From Nemertoderma westbladi (Eukaryota > Animalia > Xenacoelomorpha), in contig JAUCBJ010008839.1 in NCBI GenBank assembly GCA_032718475.1, forward strand, positions 33,049-97,048: a stretch of DNA of 64,000 bases. The letters are read 5' to 3'. The notes under the pieces are model-generated. The model had not been told where the DNA came from and did no database searches. It saw only the letters and a program-made list of their open reading frames with translations. The position numbers and the translations under genes were made by a program. Numbering within the stretch: position 1 is the first letter of the stretch; every line of letters starts with the position of its first letter. Of the stretch, positions 55,063-64,000 are shown one piece after another.

Positions 55063-55315
55063 CCTGGATTAGTACAAATCAAAGACCAAAGACCCAACAC
55101 CCAATTATAAAGATCTGCATAATCTTGTAACATGTATTAACTTTCGTTTATTGTTTTGGTTCCTCCAACACGCCTCTGTAACCTGCTCCTTTACTAACCT
55201 GCTCCTTTAAATAGCAATAGGACCTAACGCTCTTTGGGACCTAACGCGACTTTACCTCTTTGTTTTGTATAGAACGGGCAGTAAAGTCTTCGGTATTTGT
55301 TATGTACTCACCCAG
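55063..55315. mobile_element. MITE family A copy 3
   Basis: ctggattagtacaaatcaaagaccaaagaccca ... ttgttatgtactcacccag with the shared core. Confidence 0.75.
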
Positions 55316-55489
55316 TCACTCCCATCTTGAGAACATGCTTGGTTGTTTCTAACGTGAAATGCAACCAAATTAGGTTCCACTTCCCAAGAAGGGCAACTCA
55401 GACTCTACGGGTCTCTTCGAGGAATCGGCATTTTTACAAAGCTAATAGAATTCATTTAAGTCGCACCAGGGATCCTGTTGATCCTGAGG

Positions 55490-56375
55490 ATCCTGTTGAT
55501 AGACTGTTATGTGGAAATCAGAATGGGTTCGTAAAGGTCGTGGGACTATGGAGCCCATTTTGGTGCTTAGAAGGATAATTAAAGTGTTATCTAGAATGTA
55601 ATACAGACATCTAGTTGTATTCTTTGTTGATTTTTTAAGGTCTTCGATTCAGTATTCCGATCACGTATGTTCAGCATACTTGCATCATACGGTATTCCTG
55701 AGGCAATTATTGCAGCTATCAAATAACTGTAAGATACTTTCACAACATTTTGTGTCTGCCGCTGATGGTAACACATATCTATTTTATGACTCATATGCGG
55801 AGTCCTCCAGGGTGACACGCTTACACCACGTGTTCATAATTGTAGTGCATTACCTTCTACGAATGTATTGCCATGGGAAGCATTGAATATTATGTCCAGA
55901 AATTGGAAGTCCCATAGAATAAAACGGAACCTCAAGGTTCGATTATTTATGGCAGCAGTTAGTATCAGTGTACTCTTATATGGGAGTCCATGCTGGGCTA
56001 AATCAATATATCAACATAAGTCTAAATGCAGACGACTCCAAATCTATGGATGGCACGTTTACAAGAATGCTATGCTGGGTTCATTTGTGTCAAATACAAT
56101 GAACGCATCTCCAATCAAACGCAGAACAACATTGGAGGTGTTCCATTATTCTCCCTAGCTTGACACTTGAACGGAACCGCCTCCGCTTTGCAGGATATTG
56201 CTTTTGCGTGCGGACCAGCCAGTGCATAATCTTGTGCTTTGGCGGCCTCATGGAATGAATAAGCATGGCGGACAGCCCATGATTTCCTGGACACTGGCCT
56301 TGAAAATGCGCATGATCTAGCAAAAGTCATGGGTGATACGTAGTTGTGGCGGCATAATTTTGTCGACAATCCGGC
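55490..56375 (+). mobile_element. Degenerate RTE-clade LINE (RT and C-terminal remnants)
   Basis: VDRLLCGNQNGF, FVDF.KVFDSV.R..M..ILASYGIP, GVLQGDTL, NWKS..LKVRLF..VLLYGSPCW, RLRFAG; multiple frameshifts. Confidence 0.85.
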
Positions 56376-56949
56376 ATTTTTTTAAACGAGTTATACAGCA
56401 TCAGGACAATCAAGGATGGGAGTGAACAGGAAGATGACTCACATAGCTGCATCTCAAAGTAATTGCAAGGCATCATCATTTTTTCATCATCCGGCTTACG
56501 CCCCGGTGGCTATAATAATAAAATTCACAAGTTAAAATAATATAATTCGCATTTGCACCAAAATCAACGGGAAACACAATAAAAATATACACCGGTAATT
56601 AAGCCTTGCGTTAAGTAGATATGTAGTGTAGTGCAGTTGCATTAAAATCATAGGGAGACACAATTAACAATATGTATGTATAATACCTAATATAACACCT
56701 TATAACACCTATCACCATTGCATCACTGATTGACCGCATGTCTGGGTCTCCAATTGACTTCAATTTCATTTGTTGTACTACATACTTCCCGGTATAGATT
56801 TTTTCCTGATAACAGCTAGAATTAGCTGATAAAATATAATTATTGAAAAGATAATCAACAAAACTAAGCAAATTTGGGGTCGCAATTATTTCAACAAATT
56901 ATTGTCCATCGGCCCTTCTCACATTCATATGTAATATGTTACGTTGCAG

Positions 56950-57057
56950 CTAAATGCGAAGTGAAACCAAAATGCGAGAAACCTGGGTATGTCGGGCCCG
57001 ATTGCACTTGTATGTGTCCTGATGGAACTGGTAGTTGTCATATACAGGAACACACAG
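56950..57057 (+). CDS. Astacin exon 9 (EGF-like module)
   Basis: gttgcag|KCEVKPKCEKPGYVGPDCTCMCPDGTGSCHIQEHT|gtaagt, phase 1-1; resembles the EGF-like module following the catalytic domain in BP10/SpAN-type astacins. Confidence 0.88.
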
Positions 57058-60026
57058 GTAAGTTGTCACGTCGTTAATAGTTGCTATGTAGGAACACACA
57101 GGTAAGTTGTCACGTCAATAATAGTTGCTATGTAGGAACACACAGGTAAGTTGTCACGTCGATAATAGTTGCTATGTAGGAACACACAGGTAAGTTGTCA
57201 CGTAGATAATAGTTGCTATGTAGGAACACACAGGTAAGTTGTCACGTCGTTAATAGTTGCTATGTAGGAACACACAGGTGAGTTGTCACGTGAATAATAG
57301 TTGTTATGTAGGAACACACAGGTAAGTTGTCACGTCAATAATAGTTGCTATGTAGGAACACACAGGTAAGTTGTCACGTCAATAAATAGTTGCTATGTAG
57401 GAACACACAGGTAAGTTGTCACGTCAATAATAGTTGCTATGTAGGAACACATAGGTAAGTTGTCACGTGAATAATAGTTGCTATGTAGGAACACACATGC
57501 AAGTTGTCACGTCGATAATAGTTGCTATGTAGGAACACACAGGTAAGTTGTCACGTCAATAATAGTTGCTATGTAGGAACACACAGGTAAGTTGTCACGT
57601 GAATAATAGTTGTTATGTAGGAACACACAGGTAAGTTGTCACGTCAATAATAGTTGCTATGTAGGAACACACAGGTAAGTTGTCACGTGAATAATAGTTG
57701 CTATGTAGGAACACACATGTAAGTTGTCACGTCGATAATAGTTGTTATGTAGGAACACACAGGTAAGTTGTCACGTCAATAATAGTTACTATGTAGGAAC
57801 ACACAGGTAAGTTGTCACGTCAATAATAGTTGCTATGTAGGAACACACAGGTAAGTTGTCACGTCAATAATAGTTGCTATGTAGGAACACACAGGTAAGT
57901 TGTCACGTCGATAATAGTTGATATGTAGGAACACACAGGTAAGTTGTCACGTCAATAATAGTTGCTATGTAGGAACACACAGGTAAGTTGTCACGTGAAT
58001 AATAGTTCCTATGTAGGAACACACAGGTAAGTTGTCACGTGAATAATAGTTGCTATGTAGGAACACACATGTAAGTTGTCACGTCGATAATAGTTGTTAT
58101 GTAGGAACACACAGGTAAGTTGTCACGTCAATAATAGTTACTATGTAGGAACACACAGGTAAGTTGTCACGTCAATAATAGTTGCTATGTAGGAACACAA
58201 AGGTAAGTTGTCACGTCGTTAATAGTTGCTATGTAGGAACACACAGGTAAGTTGTCACGTGAATAATAGTTGCTATGTAGGAACACACAGGTAAGTTGTC
58301 ACGTGAATAATAGTTGCTATGTAGGAATACACAGGTAAGTTGTCAAGTCAATAATAGTTGCTATGTAGGAACACACAGGTAAGTTGTCACGTGAATAATA
58401 GTTGCTATGTAGGAACACACAGGTAAGTTGTCACGTGAATAATAGTTGCTATGTAGGAACACACATGTAAGTTGTCACGTCGATAATAGTTGCTATGTAG
58501 GAACACACAGGTAAGTTGTCACGTCAATAATAGTTGCTATGTAGGAACACACAGGTAAGTTGTCACGTGAATAATAGTTGTTATGTAGGAACACACAGGT
58601 AAGTTGTCACGTCAATAATAGTTGCTATGTAGGAACACACAGGTAAGTTGTCACGTGAATAATAGTTGCTATGTAGGAACACACATGTAAGTTGTCACGT
58701 CGATAATAGTTGTTATGTAGGAACACACAGGTAAGTTGTCACGTCAATAATAGTTACTATGTAGGAACACACAGGTAAGTTGTCACGTCAATAATAGTTG
58801 CTATGTAGGAACACACAGGTAAGTTGTCACGTCAATAATAGTTGCTATGTAGGAACACACAGGTAAGTTGTCACGTCGATAATAGTTGATATGTAGGAAC
58901 ACACAGGTAAGTTGTCACGTCAATAATAGTTGCTATGTAGGAACACACAGGTAAGTTGTCACGTGAATAATAGTTGCTATGTAGGAACACACAGGTAAGT
59001 TGTCACGTGAATAATAGTTGATATGTAGGAACACACATGTAAGTTGTCACGTCGATAATAGTTGTTATGTAGGAACACACAGGTAAGTTGTCACGTCAAT
59101 AATAGTTACTATGTAGGAACACACAGGTAAGTTGTCACGTCAATAATAGTTGCTATGTAGGAACACACAGGTAAGTTGTCACGTCGATAATAGTTGCTAT
59201 GTAGGAACACACAGGTAAGTTGTCACGTCGATAATAGTTGTTATGTAGGAACACACAGGTAAGTTGTCACGTCAATAATAGTTGCTATGTAGGAACACAC
59301 AGGTAGCTGTCACGTCAATAATAGTTGCTATGTAGGAACACACAGGTAAGTTGTCACGTCGATAATAGTTGCTATGCAGGAACACACAGGTAAGTTATCA
59401 CGTCAATAATAGTTGCTATGTAGGAACACACAGGTAAGTTGTCACGTCAATAATAGTTGCTATGTAGGAACACACAGATAAGTTGTCACGTGAATAATAG
59501 TTGCTATGTAGGAACACACAGGTAAGTTGTCACGTTGATTAATAGTTGCTATGTAGGAACACACAGGTAAGTTGTCACGTCAATAATAGTTGCTATGCAT
59601 GAACACACAGGTAAGTTGTCACGTCAATAATAGTTGCTATGTAGGAACACACAGGTAAGTTGTCACGTGAATAATAGTTGATATGTAGGAACACACAGGT
59701 AAGTTGTCACGTCGATAATAGTTGCTATGAAGGAACACACAGGTAAGTTGTCACGTCAATAATAGTTGCTATGTAGGAACACACAGGTAAGTTGTCACGT
59801 GAATAATAGTTGCTATGTAGGAACACACAGGTAAGTTGTCACGTCGATAATAGTTGCTATGCAGGAACACACAGGTAAGTTGTCACGTCGTTAATAGTTG
59901 CTATGTAAGAACACACAGGTAAGTTGTCACGTCAATAATAGTTGCTATGTAGGAACACACAGGTAAGTTGTCACGTCGATAATAGTTGCTATGCAGGAAC
60001 ACACAGGTAAGTTGTCACGTCGATAA
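57046..60026 (+). repeat. 44-bp tandem array starting inside exon 9 and copying its splice donor, ~68 copies
   Basis: Unit aggaacacacag|gtaagttgtcacgtcaataatagttgctatgt. Confidence 0.99.
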
Positions 60027-60199
60027 TTACAACGTAAACCGAAAGTCTATTTATTTTACATATAATTTGCCACTTTCCATGAACGCTATGTTCTTGATGA
60101 TAATGTTCGGTTTTCACTAAGGTGCAATGCCGACGGACACAGTAAAATAGCGCCCCCAGATCTCGCGTTCAGCGATACGTTATCCAAGTGCATTCCTCT

Positions 60200-60470
60200 G
60201 TGACTGGGCGTTTTAGGAAAGCAGTCTCTTCAGCAGTTCAGCCCATCATGGGCTGCCATACAGCAGCAGAGCATGAGATATCACTGCTCCTCCAGATCCT
60301 GGATGAACTTGTGGATGGCAGACCAGGCTCTCCCTCTACGAATACGGAGATCTCCACCAGACCTCCGATTCCGAACCCAGCCAGGAGCCAAAGTAGCAGA
60401 AGTCATTCACATGACTTACCAGTCCACCACCCAGCGATTGGATGTTATCACGATCAACTTTTTGCTGGTC
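60200..60470 (-). mobile_element. RTE-clade LINE fragment
   Basis: The minus strand reads VNDFCYFGSWL..DLRIRRGRAWSAIHK..IWRS..LLYGSP*WA. Confidence 0.75.
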
Positions 60471-60537
60471 TGAGTTCATGTTTACTGTAAGAATTGTTGA
60501 TATTTTTGCTATTCACATTACATTTCTTACTCTTTAG

Positions 60538-60651
60538 GAGCTCTATGTTCAGCAGAAGAGTTTGAATGCCCTACCGGAGAATGTATCCCTATTACCCAAC
60601 ACTGTAACTCTATTAACGACTGTGGTGACGGAAGTGACGAGTTGTTCTGCA
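60538..60651 (+). CDS. Astacin exon 10 (LDL-receptor class A module)
   Basis: ctttag|[37 protein letters not shown]|gtaagt, phase 1-1; six Cys and DCxDGSDE. Confidence 0.92.
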
Positions 60652-60911
60652 GTAAGTAAATGAATATTTTTTTACATACAATATATTTAATAATTCTTAA
60701 CGCCAAAGCTTAATGCCAAAGCAAACGAAAGACCATTCGTTTTAACAATTTGAATATTTTTACTATGTTAGCGTCGGATATTGTCATCTAATGGTGGTGT
60801 ATATATAGTCTTGGGTGCCGGTATGTCTATGGGCGGTTGTGTATCCAACCAGTGTGTCTGTCGTCTATCTCTGGTTGTGGCTTTGTCAAGCTTACGATAT
60901 AATCGTAGTTT

Positions 60912-61163
60912 AAGGCGGGGTAGCTCAGTTGGTTGAGCGCCGGGCCTGCAATCTATTGGTTGTAGGTTCAGCCCCGCCAGGGTCCACTCAGCCTTTCATC
61001 CACTGGGGTCGATGAAATGAGTACCAGTTAAATAACTGGGAGCAAATCTTGGGATAGGAGTAGCGCCCACCCCTACCCTCGGGTAGCAGCTATCGAAAGA
61101 GGAGCCTTCGGGTCGCCTCCGGCTTCGGCCAACTGTTTGCTTGCTTGCTTTGCTTTTGCTTGC
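60912..61163 (+). mobile_element. tRNA-derived SINE, full length (copy 3)
   Basis: A-box head ggtagctcagttgg, central cactcagcctttcatcc..aaatgagtaccag, (TTGC)n tail; direct repeat tacgatataatc at 60893-60904 and 61164-61175. Confidence 0.93.
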
Positions 61164-62779
61164 TACGATATAATCTCTAACCAAGAAAGTATCCTAATTT
61201 GAAAGTCACATCAGATAATTGTTTGTGTCGCCAATCGGCTTTGTGAGGTACAGCAACGCTACTTAAACGACCAGGGTTTGCACAAAGAACGATATCATAG
61301 TTTGATTAGCACATGTAGAGGAAGTTTGTACTGTATATCTTTTGGCAATGAAATGTACAGGGCGATCGCAGCGAAAGTTTTGTTGTAAAAGAACGAGTAC
61401 AATGTAGGTTACGTCACGCCCTAGCTAACATCTGAAATGGACAAAAGAGTTTATAAATGGCTATCCTTAATTAGTATTCATATGAATGCCTGTAAATGGC
61501 GAAATTGCAATATATTGAGTGGGTGAGCAATCTAAGAGCCATTCGTACTGGTTAAACATTCAGCGTGATTAGAAACCCTTGTTCACGTTTCTATTTAACA
61601 TTACTTTTCTTTCGACCAAATACTCTTATCGTTTATAACTGACTCACATTCTCAGAAATTACCCCACGACGAAGTTTGTCCACGAACTAGAAATCGCATA
61701 TTTCGTCCGGGAAATTTCCGTAATTTAACAATTAATGTTAGGCCGACTAATCTACCAACTTGAGTTTTCTGCTCACTTTGTGTGACCGGAACCCCACCGT
61801 GTTATGTTGAAGTGACGTCCTTAGAGTGAGAAATAATAAGCTTAAAATGAGTCCAAGTACTCTTTATCAGAATGTCAGATAATAATGATGCCCCAGTGGT
61901 GGTTTCTATGCTGGCTTCACCAATAGCCCACGATGCTGTATTTGTTTTATCATCCTGTTTGCATCACCACAGTTTCCCTTCTATAACGACATCCTTCACT
62001 TTCAACTGGCATCCATTGATGATGCTGCTTGCACCTCAACTCCCTAAATAGCTGTGAAATCCCTAAATATACTACTGAGATTAAATTATTGATTTTTACT
62101 TACAATGGACAGGTGGAGGGTCGTTTATAGTTTCTGAATTGCAATGCGAGTTGGAATGTAATCATCAACTAGGTAGTGCGCATATTATTATTTTATTGGG
62201 CAACTATTAATTGTTCTTATAAAAAATAATCTGTAGATAAAACGTGTCAACTTTTCCGAAAAATATTTATGTTATTTGACAAAAGTAATGGATTACTTTA
62301 CGCAGAATGCCAGTTTATAATAATAACAATATTTGTTACTTTGGGTCAACGGTAAAAATCATGTGAAATTCGTAACGGTTCTTACTGGAAAAACATATAT
62401 GTTTGTTGTTTTTTTTTTACTCCTAAAAACAACAAGGCCATTTGAACGATGATATCACATTTTAATCACATATACAGTAACGGGAGCTCAGAAGGTTGTA
62501 AGGTACATTTTCAGGACAAGCTTAACCAGGAGACTAGAATAATTTTCTGGGATATAATTAAATGTAATTACGCTTTGAAATAGAGAGCGTCGCAAACTTT
62601 ATCATGTCTAGTGCCTATATTATATTTTATTATATTATATTTTAAATTGTCAGTTTCATTCAACGCATTATTAACATGAACATTTTATAATGTTTTCACT
62701 TTCAGTCATTTAGCCATCATGTCACCAAAGCGAAAGATGTACTGAAGAAGTCTCCCTGTAGACTTCTTAAATGAAAGGT

Positions 62780-63100
62780 TAATAATGTGGGGCGAGCCAC
62801 GAAGTGAGTGAGCCTTAGCGTAGTGGTACCATTAATCAACCTGTCGTTCTGTCGTTCTGTCGTTCTGTCGTTCTGTCGTTCTGTCGTGTTCAATTTTAAA
62901 CGTTAATAACTCGGCCAATCTTTGATGAAATCTATCCAAACTTGGTACACATGTTGTATGGCAAAAGTTTAGAAATTTTCCAAGTAGAATTTCCGTGTGG
63001 CCTTCGAGAAGCTAAGATAATAGCAGTTAATTAGTTAATTAAGTTGATTACGGTAAAAACACCATTTTCAACCTGCCTTTTAAAGGAAATTAATTGTTTT
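62780..63100. mobile_element. Possible Helentron/DINE-1-like (HINE) non-autonomous element
   Basis: Short GC-rich terminal block, then a (CTGTCGTT)n microsatellite at 62842-62888, then aataactc..aaacttggtacac, the layout typical of DINE-like elements. The ends are not defined. Confidence 0.45.
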
Positions 63101-64000
63101 ACAGTATAAGACTTCAATAATTATACTTAAAAAATATACAGATGTAATCCGCATACTCCATTCTATTATAGTTTTTAATTAGTTCAAGTGATTTGCTTTA
63201 ATAATCGTGTCTTTAATTGATCTAAAGTAATTAAACCGGCATAAAAAATGTATTCTCATTAAATACTGCTCATTTATTGGTTAACATCCAAGTTGGCTTG
63301 ATTCCCAGCAACACTTGAGGTATTCAGTCAGCCTTGCTTGTAAGAGGCAGACTGCTGCTGCTGCTAGTAGCCATCCATTCACTCACTCTCCATTGAACTG
63401 GCTGATTGGAGGTGTGTGTGTATCGGGTTCAATGACATTAATATTATTACTAAAGTAACGTCGGGATGTTAATATTCACTGGAGCTATGAGTCTCTCTGG
63501 TTAGTTGAATGAATGAAATAAATAATTGTTTTACTGTTCCGAATATCAATGTTTATTTCTGTAGGCCAACTTACTGTATTATTATTTAATCTAAATGTAC
63601 ATAATAGTTTAAATAAATTATTTCACAATTTCATTCCAATTCATACTGCTTACGCAACCATGCTAATTAGGTATATTAAATGGCAGGATTGTTTTTAATT
63701 AAAATTTTTACAGAGCAAACAAGTATATTGTATTTAACTGAAAGTTAATTTATTTCGGTAAGTAGGCCTTGCGGTTTGTTAGTTTAGTTAGTATAATAAG
63801 TATCAAATATATTACGTGCTGCTGTACAGTAAACGCGGCTTTGCGTTATTGAATTACAGAATTGGCGGTACAAAGTACATTAATAGGGATCAGGCATATT
63901 GCATTTATATAATTGTTGTTGTAAATGTACAATAATATGCGCCACTTTTATTTTAGTAACTGCAATGTGTATTTCATTTGTACCTGCAACCCATTAAAAA

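Noticed and set aside
60188-60490. Possible extra astacin exon (Pro/Ser linker, IGCYHD)
   Set aside because: The opposite strand is a recognisable RTE reverse-transcriptase remnant, and exon 9 joins exon 10 in phase without it.
62706-62760. Candidate terminal astacin exon after ttttcactttcag
   Set aside because: The acceptor is good, but the required phase gives a stop after two codons and no recognisable domain, so it cannot be supported without cDNA.

Overview
AT-rich animal genomic DNA with spliceosomal introns; the gene and repeat content suggests a marine invertebrate, possibly an echinoderm (inference). There are three genes. (1) An intronless alpha-kinase (+, 317/485-1756). (2) A secreted astacin (M12A) metalloprotease on the + strand, assembled by hand from 10 phase-compatible GT-AG exons between 12932 and 60651: signal peptide, prodomain, HEIGHALGFVHE zinc motif, SLMHY Met-turn, EGF-like and LDLa modules; the 3' end was not found. 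(3) A two-exon NELF-B/COBRA1 gene (-, 22410-24798) lying antisense inside the predicted astacin intron 3. About 40% of the window is tandem repeat: (TTAG)n plus 50, 41, 36, 41, ~35, 61 and 44 bp units. The rest holds SINEs, RTE and L2 fragments, MITEs and a solo LTR. The most notable observations are: tandem arrays that copy the exon|GT splice-donor junction at 3 of the 10 astacin donors; a 368-bp TSD-flanked element with a tRNA-like Pol III head fused directly to a minimal hammerhead ribozyme; a SINE whose internal 36-bp segment has expanded to about 3 kb; and an excess of TA-bracketed short motifs that resemble transposon excision footprints. Most ORFs in the supplied track are artefacts of repeats.
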